Positions 40,459-51,573 of a DNA stretch of 64,000 nucleotides are shown here, piece after piece. The translations under genes were made by a program, and so were the position numbers. Every line of letters starts with the position of its first letter. Position 1 is the stretch's first letter. This DNA comes from an uncultured Clostridia bacterium (GTDB lineage: Bacteria > Bacillota > Clostridia > TANB77 > CAG-508), in assembly GCA_948976265.1 (NCBI GenBank), contig CARFUA010000002.1, forward strand, positions 89,491-153,490, written 5' to 3'. The notes beneath the pieces were generated by a model. The model did no database searches. It saw nothing but the letters and a program-made list of their open reading frames with translations, and was not told the DNA's origin.

Positions 40459-42318
40459 TTAAAAAATTCTAGCATACAGCTCCAATTCACCAACTGAAAC
40501 CTGATCCCAATTATGCCAACGATTCGATTCACATGTTATTCGCCAATATCGATGTGAACCCGCATTTACCATAAAACTAGAATCCACTTTTCCTTCTGTC
40601 GTTTCAAATGCCTCCTCACTTACATTAACCCAATTCTCTCCGTCATCCGAATATTGTATATGACCAGTTCTAACATAATAATCACTTACCTCCACATACT
40701 GTCCTTTTTTCACTACAATTTTATAAACATTAACTGGTTCCGTAAAATCATACCCAATATATGCTTCTTGTAAATTATCTGTCCACCATTGGTTTTCTAT
40801 TGTGCCATCAAATGCATTTTGCGGAACATAGTCTAAGCCATACGCATTGCAAATTGCTTGCCCTTTTTCCATTTTTTGTGGTAATATTGAATTTTCATCA
40901 ATTTTATGTCCGTAACTCGACTTGAAAATCTCCTCTTGCCAAGTATCATCTGTCAATACTTTTCTGGCAGCATAATCACTTTTGCCAATGGCAGTCATAG
41001 CCTCTTCACTTTGTATAACCTCACGCCTTATAATTTCATTTTTCAACATATAATCCACTGCCTGTGTAGAACTCATCAACTTCTGCATAGTTTCAATATC
41101 TCTTACCATATGACGTAAAGTTTCAAATTGGCTACCATCTACTCCTGCCAAATCTGCCCAAGGAATGCCCTCTTCATTTGTATTATAGCACCTACTATAC
41201 ATTTCCAATTCTCCCACTGACACTTGATCCTCATATCTCCATCGAGTCGATTCACATGTTATTCGCCAATATCGATGTGAGCCTGCATTTACCTTAAAAC
41301 TAGAATCCACTTTTCCTTCTGTCGTTTCAAATTCTTCCTCATTCACATTAACCCAATTATTTCCATCATCTGAATATTGTATATGACCAGTTTTAACATA
41401 ATAATCTTCTGTATTTCCTGCATATGGTCCTTTTTTGACTACAATTTTATAAACATTAACTGGTTCCATAAAATCATATCCAATATATGGTTCTTGTAAG
41501 TCATCCGTCCACCATTGGGTTTCTGTTGTTCCATCAAATGCATTTTCTGGAACATACTCCAATCCATACGCATTACAAATTGGATTTCCCTCCTGCATTT
41601 TCTGTGGCAATATTGAATTTTCATCAAAATAAGCAACCATTTCACTCGCTAAAATTAAATCCATACTCTCCTGATTTACAACTGCTTTATAGCCAGCATA
41701 TTTATTCTTTGACAACATTACAATAGCACTCTGATTCTCCACAATAGCTGGCATAATTACACGATTACTTCTTACCATATAATCTACTGCATTTCTAGAA
41801 TTCATCAATTGCTGTAAACATGTTCCATTCGCAAGAACTTGTTCCATTGTGTTATAATCATATTCATCCTGCAAATTAGCACATTCTAGCCAAATTCTTA
41901 TATCATCCACTTCTGCAATTGTAGCTCCATTGATAGGAGGCTCATACAAAGCAACTGAAAAATCCTCATGAATAATAAATCCAATGGCTTGTTCATCCAA
42001 TGTATAAATTCCTGAAAAATTTTCCGTTTCAAAATTGGATATGTTCTCATCTTTCTGTTGCAATAAACTTTGCGTTAACTGACTTCTATCAAATGGCTTT
42101 CCCATTTCCCAAAATTCCAATTGAATTTCGGACATCACTAATCCAATTTTTTCCTGCACAAATGCAAAAAGATTTTTCTCACTTGCTTTTTCAACTCTTT
42201 TCAAAATTCCCTGTTCCCCTATTGTAATCCCAATTGCAACACCAGCCAAAATAAATAACACAATTATTGTTACCATTAATCCAATCAACGTAATTCCCTG
42301 ATTATCTCCTCTTTTCAT
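40459..42318 (-). CDS. type IV pilin-like (prepilin N-terminal methylation motif) protein with two F5/8 type C (discoidin) domains
   Basis: N-terminus is MKRGDNQGITLIGLMVTIIVLFILAG (G/x-T-L-I-x-hydrophobic helix). A tandem ~241-aa duplication carries NAFDG..E.QWWTD...YIGYDF...YWRITCES...VSVGELE. Confidence 0.7.
   Translation of the reverse strand: MKRGDNQGITLIGLMVTIIVLFILAGVAIGITIGEQGILKRVEKASEKNLFAFVQEKIGLVMSEIQLEFWEMGKPFDRSQLTQSLLQQKDENISNFETENFSGIYTLDEQAIGFIIHEDFSVALYEPPINGATIAEVDDIRIWLECANLQDEYDYNTMEQVLANGTCLQQLMNSRNAVDYMVRSNRVIMPAIVENQSAIVMLSKNKYAGYKAVVNQESMDLILASEMVAYFDENSILPQKMQEGNPICNAYGLEYVPENAFDGTTETQWWTDDLQEPYIGYDFMEPVNVYKIVVKKGPYAGNTEDYYVKTGHIQYSDDGNNWVNVNEEEFETTEGKVDSSFKVNAGSHRYWRITCESTRWRYEDQVSVGELEMYSRCYNTNEEGIPWADLAGVDGSQFETLRHMVRDIETMQKLMSSTQAVDYMLKNEIIRREVIQSEEAMTAIGKSDYAARKVLTDDTWQEEIFKSSYGHKIDENSILPQKMEKGQAICNAYGLDYVPQNAFDGTIENQWWTDNLQEAYIGYDFTEPVNVYKIVVKKGQYVEVSDYYVRTGHIQYSDDGENWVNVSEEAFETTEGKVDSSFMVNAGSHRYWRITCESNRWHNWDQVSVGELELYARIF
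40481..40899 (-). repeat. intragenic direct repeat, unit A (discoidin-domain duplication)
   Basis: About 85% nucleotide identity by eye with 41204-41625. The offset is 723 nt (241 codons). Confidence 0.8.
41204..41625 (-). repeat. intragenic direct repeat, unit B
   Basis: See unit A. Confidence 0.8.
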
Positions 42319-42387
42319 CCTCTTCTCCTTTGTTTTGATTTTTACATATAAATAATTTGTGAATTAAACTTTTCACAAATTTCTATC

Positions 42388-42477
42388 CTAATAAAATGCA
42401 ATCATTGCGTTACTTTTTACTCCTATAAAATTACATGTGTGTACAGCGCCAACGCTTTCGTCATCTTTTTGTTTCAT
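42388..42477 (-). CDS. 29-codon leader ORF upstream of the pilin-like gene (MKQKDDESVGAVHTCNFIGVKSNAMIAFY*)
   Basis: A TTGTCA-17-TATAAT promoter lies at 42511-42539. RBS GGAAGGGAG. A perfect 9-10 bp hairpin (ATTTGTGAA...TTCACAAAT, about 42341-42370) lies between its stop and the pilin RBS. Confidence 0.4.
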   Translation of the reverse strand: MKQKDDESVGAVHTCNFIGVKSNAMIAFY

Positions 42478-42546
42478 CTTTATTCTCCCTTCCACTTTCT
42501 CTTTATTTTTATTATATCCTATTATTCTTATTTTGACAAGCAATTT

Positions 42547-42570
42547 AAAAAAAGACCGTCTTAGGCGGTC
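42547..42570 (-). terminator. intrinsic terminator of acpP
   Basis: Minus strand shows GACCG-CCTAAGA-CGGTC followed by T7. Confidence 0.7.
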
Positions 42571-42588
42571 AATTTTCTTTTGCACTTA

Positions 42589-42828
42589 TTAAACATTTTC
42601 TTTAATATATTCAACAACATCACTTACAGCTACAACTTTTTCTGCATCTGTATCTGGAATTTCAATATCAAATTCTTCTTCTAAAGCCATTACTAATTCA
42701 ACAATATCCAAAGAATCTGCTCCTAAATCATCAATAAAAGATGCTTCCATTGTTACAGCTGTATCTGCAACACCTAATTGCTCTACAATAATTGCTTTTA
42801 CTTTTTCAAAAACTTCCTCACTGCTCAT
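42589..42828 (-). CDS. acpP: acyl carrier protein
   Basis: Start ATG 42828 follows AAGGAGG. Contains the [20 protein letters not shown] phosphopantetheine-attachment motif. Confidence 0.95.
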   Translation of the reverse strand: MSSEEVFEKVKAIIVEQLGVADTAVTMEASFIDDLGADSLDIVELVMALEEEFDIEIPDTDAEKVVAVSDVVEYIKENV

Positions 42829-42906
42829 AATTAAATCCTCCTTTTTCGATTTCAAATTTTATAGTTTAGTTTTATTATATGTTTTAACAAATGTCAAGTA
42901 CTTATT

Positions 42907-43926
42907 TCATTTTTTTTGGAATTCTTCCATCATTTTTTCCACAGACTTGCTTTTTACGAATTCTTCCGCCTGTTTCAAGGTTGTATAGAATAGAAATTCA
43001 TCACTACTTCCATGCGCTTTTACAACAGGTTTTTTAACTCCTAAAAACAATGCGCCTCCGTATTCCTTATAATCTGTCATTTTCTTGAATTGATTAATCG
43101 CTGGCAGACATGGTACTGTTGCAATGGTTCGCAAAATATTTTTTGTCAAACTTTCCGTTAAAGATACCTTTACCAATTTTCCAACCCCTTCTACCGTTTT
43201 TAAAAATACATTTCCTGTAAAGCCATCTGTTATCAATCCATCCACTTCACCAGTAAAGCAGTCTCTTCCTTCTACATTTCCAATAAAATTAATTCCATAT
43301 TCTTTAGCATTTTCCTTTAATAAAGTATATGTTTCCTTCATCAAATCGTTACCCTTTGTTTCTTCTGTTCCAATATTTAGCAAACCAATTCTTGGATTCT
43401 CCAATCCCAAAGTATTTTTCAAATAAATATTGGACATTTGAGCAAACTGCACTAAATTCAAAGGTTTACAATTAGTATTCGCGCCCGCATCCATCAGTAA
43501 AAATCTACCATGATGAGCTGGCAAAATCGGTGCAATTGCTGGTCTATCAATACCTTTTATTCTTCCCACCAATAACGTGGCACCTGTTAAAAGAGCGCCC
43601 GAATTACCTGCTGAAATAAAAACATCGCCTTCGTTATTTTTTAACATATCAAATCCAACCACCATTGATGAATCCTTCTTTCCTCGAATTGCCTGTGTTG
43701 GAATATCTTCCATTTCAATTTTCTCAGTCGTATGCCTAATCGTAATTTTATTCGAAACTTCGCTTATATTTTCTTTTCCATAAAATTCTTTTACTTTTTG
43801 ATTAATTACATTTTCGTCACCTGTCAAAATAATATCTGCTTCTATTTCCTTTGCAGCTTTTACAGCTCCTTTTATATTCGCATCTGGTGCATTATCTCCA
43901 CCCATTGCATCTAAAATAATTTTCAT
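42907..43926 (-). CDS. plsX: phosphate acyltransferase PlsX
   Basis: MKIILDAMGGDNAP N-terminus; 339 aa. Confidence 0.95.
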   Translation of the reverse strand: MKIILDAMGGDNAPDANIKGAVKAAKEIEADIILTGDENVINQKVKEFYGKENISEVSNKITIRHTTEKIEMEDIPTQAIRGKKDSSMVVGFDMLKNNEGDVFISAGNSGALLTGATLLVGRIKGIDRPAIAPILPAHHGRFLLMDAGANTNCKPLNLVQFAQMSNIYLKNTLGLENPRIGLLNIGTEETKGNDLMKETYTLLKENAKEYGINFIGNVEGRDCFTGEVDGLITDGFTGNVFLKTVEGVGKLVKVSLTESLTKNILRTIATVPCLPAINQFKKMTDYKEYGGALFLGVKKPVVKAHGSSDEFLFYTTLKQAEEFVKSKSVEKMMEEFQKK

Positions 43927-44398
43927 GCCTTTTGTCCCCCCTAGATTATTTCTATTCGTATTTATTTTTAGACATTACTATTTTATTATAAATTACGAAA
44001 AAATCAAGTATTTTTTTCGATTTTGTGAAAATTTTAGCAAGCATGTTAACGAAATATAAAACTCTAATATTATCTCTATAATACATCATTTTACAATTGC
44101 CAATTATCTAAAATCAAATTTTTCCCTTCAAAAATAACGCTTCCAGTTTCTTGATTTTTTTATGTAAATATGATATAATATAGATATATGGGCGTATTTT
44201 ACACAAACTCTACTTTATTGAATTAATAGAAATTACAGAAAACATATTTGTTGGAAAAAGTGAAATTGTCTGGTAACAATCAATGCTTCCGAAGATTATG
44301 AAGACATCGCAAGAACCATAAATAAAGCTCACAATGCATGAACTCTTTCATTTTATTTTCCTGACCTTTGGCATCTTCGGGTGCTTTTCTTTATATAA

Positions 44399-44428
44399 CA
44401 AAAAACGGTTCGTATGAACCGCTTTTTT
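44399..44428. terminator. bidirectional terminator downstream of tuf
   Basis: A7-CGGTTC-GTAT-GAACCG-C-T6. Confidence 0.75.
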
Positions 44429-44442
44429 ATTATATTAATATC

Positions 44443-45645
44443 TTACTCAACAATATCAGATACAACTCCAGAACCTACTGTTCTACCACCTTCACGGATA
44501 GCGAATCTTAGTCCTTTTTCAATTGCGATTGGTGTGATTAATTCGATTGTCATCGCAATGTTTTCACCTGGCATAACCATTTCTGTTCCTGCAGGTAATT
44601 CAATAACACCTGTAACGTCTGTTGTTCTGAAATAGAATTGTGGTCTATATCCATTAAAGAATGGTGTATGTCTTCCACCTTCTTCTTTTTTCAAGATATA
44701 AACTTCTGATTTGAATTTTGTATGAGGATTGATTGTTCCTGGTTTTGCAATAACTTGACCTCTTTCGATATCTTTTCTGTCAATACCTCTTAAAAGAAGA
44801 CCAATGTTGTCACCAGCTTCTGCTTGGTCTAATAATTTTCTGAACATTTCAACACCTGTAACAACTGTTTTAGCTCTTTCTTCTCTAATACCAACGATTT
44901 CAACTTCGTCTTGCATTTTAACAATTCCTCTTTCAACTCTACCAGTAGCAACTGTACCACGACCTGTAATAGTAAATACGTCTTCAACTGGCATTAAGAA
45001 TGGTTGATCAACTGGTCTTTCTGGTGTTGGGATATAGCTATCAACAGCATCCATTAATTCTTTGATTGGAGCATATTCTGGAGCATTTGGATCCGTTGAT
45101 GAACTTTCTAATACTTTTAATGATGAACCTTTGATAAATGGAATATCATCTCCTGGGAAATCATATTCAGATAATAATTCTCTTAATTCCATTTCAACTA
45201 ATTCAACTAATTCTGGATCGTCAACCATATCGCATTTATTTAAGTAAACAACGATATATTTAACACCAACTTGTCTTGCCAATAAGATGTGCTCTCTTGT
45301 TTGAGGCATTGCACCATCTGCTGCAGAAACAACTAAGATTGCTCCGTCCATTTGAGCAGCACCTGTAATCATGTTTTTAACATAATCAGCGTGTCCTGGG
45401 CAGTCAACGTGTGCATAGTGTCTGTTTTCTGTTTCATATTCTACGTGAGCTGTATTAATTGTGATTCCTCTTGCTTGCTCTTCTGGTGCTCCGTCGATTT
45501 TGTCATATGCTGAAAATTCAGCCTTTCCTAATAAACTTAAATATTTTGTGATAGCAGCTGTTGTTGTTGTTTTTCCATGGTCAACGTGACCGATTGTACC
45601 AATGTTAACATGTGGTTTTGTTCTTTCAAATTTAGCTTTTGCCAT
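44443..45645 (-). CDS. tuf: elongation factor Tu
   Basis: Start trimmed to [27 protein letters not shown]; 400 aa. Confidence 0.98.
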   Translation of the reverse strand: MAKAKFERTKPHVNIGTIGHVDHGKTTTTAAITKYLSLLGKAEFSAYDKIDGAPEEQARGITINTAHVEYETENRHYAHVDCPGHADYVKNMITGAAQMDGAILVVSAADGAMPQTREHILLARQVGVKYIVVYLNKCDMVDDPELVELVEMELRELLSEYDFPGDDIPFIKGSSLKVLESSSTDPNAPEYAPIKELMDAVDSYIPTPERPVDQPFLMPVEDVFTITGRGTVATGRVERGIVKMQDEVEIVGIREERAKTVVTGVEMFRKLLDQAEAGDNIGLLLRGIDRKDIERGQVIAKPGTINPHTKFKSEVYILKKEEGGRHTPFFNGYRPQFYFRTTDVTGVIELPAGTEMVMPGENIAMTIELITPIAIEKGLRFAIREGGRTVGSGVVSDIVE

Positions 45646-45774
45646 TTTTGATTCCTTCCTTTCTTGAAGTAGTTTCTCTACTTCTTTAAAATTTTTATTT
45701 TCAATTATTTGCATTTTACACTATATTTCCATAAAATGCAAGCTATTTTCTAAAATTTTTCTAAAATTTTAAAA

Positions 45775-47859
45775 TTAACCTTCTTTGTTTGTTCTTGTTG
45801 CAACAATATTGTCCAAAATTGATTTTGGCACTTCGTCATAATGAGATGGTTCCATTGAATACGTTCCTCTACCTTGTGTTTTTGAACGTAAATCTGTTGC
45901 ATAACCAAACATTTCTGAAAGTGGAATAAATGCATGAATTTCTTGCATTCCGTCATCTCCGTCCATTCCTTCCATTCTTCCACGTCTTGAGTTAACGTCT
46001 CCAATAACATCTCCCATATATTCTTCTGGAACAGTAATTTCAACTTTCATGATTGGTTCCAAAATAACAGATTTTGCTTGACGACATCCTTCTTTAAATG
46101 CCATAGAACCAGCAATTTTGAATGCCATTTCTGATGAATCGACATCGTGGTAAGAACCATCCACTAAAGTTGCTTTAAAGTCGATAACTGGATAACCAGC
46201 AAGTGTACCACTTTCCGCAGCTTCACGAATTCCTTCTTCGGTTGGTTTGATGTATTCTTTTGGAACAACACCACCCACGATTTTGCTTTCAAACTCAATT
46301 CCTGAACCTGGCTCTAATGGTTCCATTTCAATCCAAACATGACCATATTGACCACGTCCACCAGATTGACGAATGAATTTTCCTTCCACGCGAACTTGTT
46401 TACGAATAGTTTCTTTGTAAGCAACTTGTGGTTTACCAACATTACATTCTACTTTGAATTCTCTTTTTAATCTGTCAACAATAATATCTAAGTGTAATTC
46501 ACCCATACCAGCAATAATTGTTTGACCTGTTTCTTGGTTGGTATAAGTTTTGAAAGTTGGGTCTTCTTCTGCTAATTTTGCTAAGGCAATTCCCATTTTT
46601 TCTTGCGCAGCTTTATCTTTTGGCTCAATCGCAATATCGATAACTGGCTCTGGGAATTCCATCGATTCTAGAATAATTGGATGTGCTGGGTCACACAAAG
46701 TGTTTCCTGTTGTAACATCCTTCAAACCAACTGCTGCTGCAATATCTCCAGCATATACTTTTTCAATGTCTTCTCTATGGTTTGAATGCATTTGAAGAAT
46801 TCTACCAATTCTTTCTTTTTTATCTTTACTTGAGTTTAATACCGTAGAACCTGATTCTAAAGTCCCTGAATAAACTCTAAAGAAACATAATTTTCCAACA
46901 AATGGGTCTGTTGCAATTTTGAAAGCCAATGCAGCAAATGGTTCAGAATCGGAAGTTTTAGCTTCTGTTTCTTCACCGTCTAATGTTTCTCCTTTAATAT
47001 GGGCAATATCCGTTGGTGCTGGCATATAATCAACAACCGCATCCAATAATTCTTGCACACCTTTATTTTTGTAAGAAGAACCACAAGTTACTGGAACGAT
47101 TTTGTTTGCAATAGTTCCTAAACGTAAACCTTTTTTAATTTCTTCTTCAGAAAGTTGTTCTCCTTCTAAATATTTCATCATCAATTCTTCATCTTGTTCA
47201 GCCACCGATTCAACCATTTTTTCACGATATTCATTTGCTAAATCTTTCATATCGTCTGGAATATCTGTTTCTTCCACTTCTTTTCCTAAATCGTCTTTGT
47301 GAATAAAAGCTCTCATTTTTACTAAGTCAACAATTCCTTGGAAATTATCCTCTGCTCCAATTGGTAATTGGATTGGAACAGCATTTGCTTTTAAACGATT
47401 TTTCAATTGGTCAATACAAAGCATGAAGTTTGCACCAGTAATATCCATTTTATTAACATATACCATTCTTGGTACACTATATTTATCCGCTTGTCTCCAA
47501 ACCGTTTCTGTTTGTGGTTGAACACCACCTTTAGCTGCTAATACGGTAACAGCTCCATCAAGAACTTTTAAAGATCTTTGTACTTCAACTGTAAAGTCAA
47601 CGTGTCCTGGTGTATCAATAATATTAATACGATTGTTATTCCAGAAACAAGTTGTACAAGCAGAAGTAATGGTGATTCCTCTTTCTTGCTCTTGTGCCAT
47701 CCAGTCCATTGTTGCTGCTCCTTCGTGTGTTTCCCCTATTTTATGAACTTTTCCTGTATAAAATAGAATTCTCTCTGTTGTTGTTGTTTTACCAGCATCA
47801 ATGTGAGCCATAATTCCTATGTTTCTTGTTCTCTCTAATGGGTATTCTCTTCCTGCCAC
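45775..47859 (-). CDS. fusA: elongation factor G
   Basis: 694 aa with AHIDAGKTT and DTPGHVDF motifs. Confidence 0.98.
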   Translation of the reverse strand: MAGREYPLERTRNIGIMAHIDAGKTTTTERILFYTGKVHKIGETHEGAATMDWMAQEQERGITITSACTTCFWNNNRINIIDTPGHVDFTVEVQRSLKVLDGAVTVLAAKGGVQPQTETVWRQADKYSVPRMVYVNKMDITGANFMLCIDQLKNRLKANAVPIQLPIGAEDNFQGIVDLVKMRAFIHKDDLGKEVEETDIPDDMKDLANEYREKMVESVAEQDEELMMKYLEGEQLSEEEIKKGLRLGTIANKIVPVTCGSSYKNKGVQELLDAVVDYMPAPTDIAHIKGETLDGEETEAKTSDSEPFAALAFKIATDPFVGKLCFFRVYSGTLESGSTVLNSSKDKKERIGRILQMHSNHREDIEKVYAGDIAAAVGLKDVTTGNTLCDPAHPIILESMEFPEPVIDIAIEPKDKAAQEKMGIALAKLAEEDPTFKTYTNQETGQTIIAGMGELHLDIIVDRLKREFKVECNVGKPQVAYKETIRKQVRVEGKFIRQSGGRGQYGHVWIEMEPLEPGSGIEFESKIVGGVVPKEYIKPTEEGIREAAESGTLAGYPVIDFKATLVDGSYHDVDSSEMAFKIAGSMAFKEGCRQAKSVILEPIMKVEITVPEEYMGDVIGDVNSRRGRMEGMDGDDGMQEIHAFIPLSEMFGYATDLRSKTQGRGTYSMEPSHYDEVPKSILDNIVATRTNKEG

Positions 47860-47957
47860 TATTTTTTCCTCCTTTTTTTATTTTAATGTAGTTAACTTGC
47901 TAATGCAAATTAACTACTAACACTATCACTCAACTTACGTTCGAACAGTCTCAGTAA

Positions 47958-48428
47958 TTAGAATTTATAATGTGCAAATGCTTTGTTTGCTTCTGCCATT
48001 TTATGTGTATCTTCTTTCTTCTTAAATGCTCCACCGTTTCCAGCAATTGCATCTAAAATTTCACCAGCTAATTTTTCAGACATTGTTTTTTCATGTCTTT
48101 TTCTAGCATACATAACAAGCCATCTCAAGCCTAAAGTTTGTCTTCTTTCTGGTCTAATTTCTAGTGGTACTTGGTAAGTTGCACCACCTACACGTCTTGC
48201 TTTTACTTCTAAAACTGGCATGATATTTTCTAAAGCTGCTTCAAATACTTCTAATGCATCTTTATTTTCTTTTTCTTTTATCATATTAAATGCATCATAA
48301 ACAATACTTTGAGCAACTGTCTTTTTACCATCTAACATAATATTATTGATTAATTTTGTAACCACTTTACTATTATATAATGGATCTGGTAAAACTTCTC
48401 TTTTTGCAATATATCCTTTTCTTGGCAC
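47958..48428 (-). CDS. rpsG: 30S ribosomal protein S7 (GTG start)
   Basis: Sequence begins [20 protein letters not shown]...; 156 aa. Confidence 0.97.
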   Translation of the reverse strand: MPRKGYIAKREVLPDPLYNSKVVTKLINNIMLDGKKTVAQSIVYDAFNMIKEKENKDALEVFEAALENIMPVLEVKARRVGGATYQVPLEIRPERRQTLGLRWLVMYARKRHEKTMSEKLAGEILDAIAGNGGAFKKKEDTHKMAEANKAFAHYKF

Positions 48429-48604
48429 TATATTTTCCCTCCTTATTTATATTTAGTGTTTAACCATTTATAACACTAAAAGGTACTCTGGAAAGATTCT
48501 TTCACTTTCCCGTCATAGTGCAATTTATAAAATCTATGTTTAATCAACTACAATTTTATTTTGCACTATTTGGGGCAATTGATAATCGCCCTTACAATTT
48601 GACA

Positions 48605-49021
48605 TTATGCTTTTTTAGGTTTTTTAGCACCGTATTTTGAACGAGCTTGCATTCTGTCTTTTACACCTGCTGTATCTAAGGTTCCTCTGATGATGTGATA
48701 TCTCACACCTGGTAAATCCTTTACCCTTCCACCTCTAATTAATACAACACTGTGTTCTTGCAAATTGTGACCTTCTCCTGGGATATAAGATGTTACTTCA
48801 TATCCGTTTGAAAGTTTAACCCTAGCAACTTTTCTTAAAGCAGAGTTTGGTTTTTTAGGTGTAACTGTTTTTACAACTGTACACACACCTCTTTTTTGAG
48901 GAGCTCTGTTATCTGTTTGAATTTTTTTTCTAGAGTTATAACCTTTTTGTAAAGCAGGAGCAGTCGATTTTGTCGTTGATGTTTTTCTTCCTTTTCTAAC
49001 TAATTGGTTAATTGTTGGCAT
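48605..49021 (-). CDS. rpsL: 30S ribosomal protein S12
   Basis: Start trimmed to [13 protein letters not shown], following GAGGTGAAG; 138 aa. Confidence 0.97.
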   Translation of the reverse strand: MPTINQLVRKGRKTSTTKSTAPALQKGYNSRKKIQTDNRAPQKRGVCTVVKTVTPKKPNSALRKVARVKLSNGYEVTSYIPGEGHNLQEHSVVLIRGGRVKDLPGVRYHIIRGTLDTAGVKDRMQARSKYGAKKPKKA

Positions 49022-49266
49022 TCTTTTTTCTTCACCTCGTTTCCTTTTCAAAATTAAAAATACGCTTCTTAGCTTACGGAAATAAATAATCCAGCTATAA
49101 GCGTATTATATTTTATCATCATTTTTAAAATAAGTCAATGATTTTCTAAAATTTAATTTGTAAATTTTAGAAAATCACCCTCCACCTTTTATTATACCAT
49201 ATCTTCACCATTATGTCAACTTTACTTTTGTTCAAAAATATGGTATAATGAAGGGTTAGAGTGTTT

Positions 49267-50007
49267 TTATTTGGCTTCACTTTCCTGAATTAGTTTTAAG
49301 ACCAATTCATAGGCAAACTCTTGCGATTTCCTGCCAATATTTCGATCATACGGCTCACATAAAATTTCATTATTCGAAATAATTCGAATCCCCAATACAG
49401 GTACTTGGAAATCATTGGCTAACTTATAAACAGCAATCCCTTCCATTTCCTCACAAAGTGTGCCATATTTTTCATTAAGCCATAAAATTCGGTCTGCCTC
49501 ACAATTCCAAACATCGCCACTTCCAATCGTTCCAAAATGAACGTTTCCATCCTCATAAGAAACCTGTTTGGCAAGTTCTATCAAATGTTCATCGCCATAT
49601 TGATATTCTAACCTATCTTCTTCGCCACAAATAAAATTGACCAAATCCCATTCAAAACTATTACTGCCTTCTCCCTCTTTTTTGGCTGGCGTTTTACAAG
49701 ATACAATATTGATACACTTTTCTCCAACTACAATATCTCCTGTATGAATATTTTTTCCATGCGCACCAGCTGTTCCTTGGCTAATGATTGCTTTTGGTTG
49801 ATACTTTTGAATTGCAATATAGGTTGCTACTGTTGCATTAATACTCATCACAAAACACTGACAAATGACCACTGGATAATTTTTTATAGTTCCTTCATAA
49901 AATTTGTATTTTCCCACTACTTCGCATTTGGCATTTTCCAACTTTTCTAATAAAAAATCCATTTCTACTTCCATAGCACACATAATCACAATTGGTCTTT
50001 CTTCCAT
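49267..50007 (-). CDS. MTA/SAH nucleosidase-like protein (PNP_UDP_1 family)
   Basis: IVIMCAMEVE...SQGTAGA...GSGD...EEMEGIAV pattern. Confidence 0.65.
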   Translation of the reverse strand: MEERPIVIMCAMEVEMDFLLEKLENAKCEVVGKYKFYEGTIKNYPVVICQCFVMSINATVATYIAIQKYQPKAIISQGTAGAHGKNIHTGDIVVGEKCINIVSCKTPAKKEGEGSNSFEWDLVNFICGEEDRLEYQYGDEHLIELAKQVSYEDGNVHFGTIGSGDVWNCEADRILWLNEKYGTLCEEMEGIAVYKLANDFQVPVLGIRIISNNEILCEPYDRNIGRKSQEFAYELVLKLIQESEAK

Positions 50008-50094
50008 ATTTTACCCTCCTAATTTATTTCTATTATATATTTTTTTATTTTTTTGTCAAGCATGCAAAAAGACACGGTTTCCCGTGCCTATGTT

Positions 50095-51573
50095 TTAAAG
50101 AATAATACAAATTAATCCGCCACTGCCTTCATTGACAATTCTTTGTAAAGTTTCTTGTAATTTTCCTTGAGCATCTTCTGGCATTCGATTTAATTTGTTT
50201 TGCAAACCTTCATTTACCAGTTCATGCAGGCTTTTGCCAAAAATATTGGATTCCCAAATCTTCTTTGGATCACTTTCAAATTCAGAAAGTAAATATTTTA
50301 CCAAATCTTCCGATTGTTTTTCACTTCCCACAATTGGCGAAACTTCGGTTTCCGTATCAATTTTTATCATATGAATGGATGGCGCTTTTGCCTTTAATTT
50401 CACACCATATTTTTGCCCTTGTTTAACAATTTCTGGTTCCTCCAAAATCAAATCATCAATTCCAGGAGAAACAATTCCATAGCCTTTTTCATTTACTTCG
50501 TGCAAAGCATACGCCATTTTATCGTATTCTTTTTTGGCACTTGCCAGTGAAGTAATACAAGAAAATAACTCACCTTCATTTTGAATTGCAACGCCTGTCA
50601 ATTCAGTTAAAGTATTATAGAACAAGCTGTCTTGCAACTCAATTCCAATTGTCACAACACCATTTCCTAAATTAATTTCGTCTACATTTACTTTTTTAAT
50701 TTCTTCGCATTCTTCCAATCTCGGATAATTATCGTTGACATCTTTAAGCCTTTTGGTTCCTTCAAAAGTGTCTCTTACTTTTGTAAATAACGTTGTTTTC
50801 AAATCGTTTCCATTTTCCAAGCCATTAATCCAACGTGGAAAACGAATGTTGATTTTGTCAATCATAAATTCATACAATAATTTTGAGAAAATTTCATTAA
50901 TATCTTCTAAATTCAAATTCTCACAATTGATTGGCATAACTGGTGTTTGATATTTTTCTGCCATTTGATTTGCCAAATTTAAACTATAACCATCGTTTGG
51001 ATTTTGACAATTCATCAAAATAATGAATGGTTTATTAAGTTCCTTTAATTCGTTAATCACTCTTTCTTCTGGTCCTACATAATCTTCACGTGGAATGTCT
51101 GTAATGCTTCCATCTGTAGTAATTACGATTCCAACAGTAGAATGCTCTACAATGACTTTTTTCGTGCCAAGTTCCGCCGCTGTTTCAAATGGCATTTCGG
51201 TATCAGACCATGGCGTTTTGACCATTCTTGGTGTGTCATCTTCCAAATAGCCAAGTGCATTATTGACTAAATAACCAACGCAATCTACCAATCTTGTTTT
51301 CATAGTAACATTGTCATTTAAGTTAATTTCAACTGCCTCATTTGGAATAAATTTGGGTTCAGTTGTCATGATGGTCCTGCCACCAGCGCTTTGTGGAAGC
51401 TCGTCAATTGCTCTTTCTCGTTTGTAATCATTATCGATATTTGGTAAAACCAACAATTCCATAAATTTTTTAATAAACGTTGATTTTCCTGTTCGGACAG
51501 GCCCCACCACACCAATATAAATATCCCCATCCGTTCTGTTTTTGATGTCTTGATATATTTCAAAGTTTTCCAT
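50095..51573 (-). CDS. spoIVA: stage IV sporulation protein A
   Basis: N-terminus MENFEIYQDIKNRTDGDIYIGVVGPVRTGKSTFIKKFM (Walker A); 492 aa; C-terminus ...GGLICIIL. Confidence 0.95.
   Translation of the reverse strand: MENFEIYQDIKNRTDGDIYIGVVGPVRTGKSTFIKKFMELLVLPNIDNDYKRERAIDELPQSAGGRTIMTTEPKFIPNEAVEINLNDNVTMKTRLVDCVGYLVNNALGYLEDDTPRMVKTPWSDTEMPFETAAELGTKKVIVEHSTVGIVITTDGSITDIPREDYVGPEERVINELKELNKPFIILMNCQNPNDGYSLNLANQMAEKYQTPVMPINCENLNLEDINEIFSKLLYEFMIDKINIRFPRWINGLENGNDLKTTLFTKVRDTFEGTKRLKDVNDNYPRLEECEEIKKVNVDEINLGNGVVTIGIELQDSLFYNTLTELTGVAIQNEGELFSCITSLASAKKEYDKMAYALHEVNEKGYGIVSPGIDDLILEEPEIVKQGQKYGVKLKAKAPSIHMIKIDTETEVSPIVGSEKQSEDLVKYLLSEFESDPKKIWESNIFGKSLHELVNEGLQNKLNRMPEDAQGKLQETLQRIVNEGSGGLICIIL

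Noticed and set aside
42388-42585. 65-aa version of the ORF upstream of the pilin-like gene
   Set aside because: The long form starts inside the acpP terminator and promoter region and has no RBS. Only the 29-codon version that follows GGAAGGGAG is plausible.
44186-44395. Assigning the orphan plus-strand transcript to a known RNA family (6S, SRP, tmRNA, RNase P)
   Set aside because: No family-specific motifs or long-range end pairing could be seen by eye. It is kept only as an unclassified candidate.
45750-46043. 97-aa ORF overlapping the 3' end of fusA, and similar antisense or overlapping track ORFs (e.g. 2923-3159, 9969-10283, 39321-39695, 61248-61676, 13297-13638)
   Set aside because: They lie inside or antisense to strongly supported genes. 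Their low-complexity F/I/L/K-rich composition is typical of AT-rich off-frame translation, and they lack RBS.
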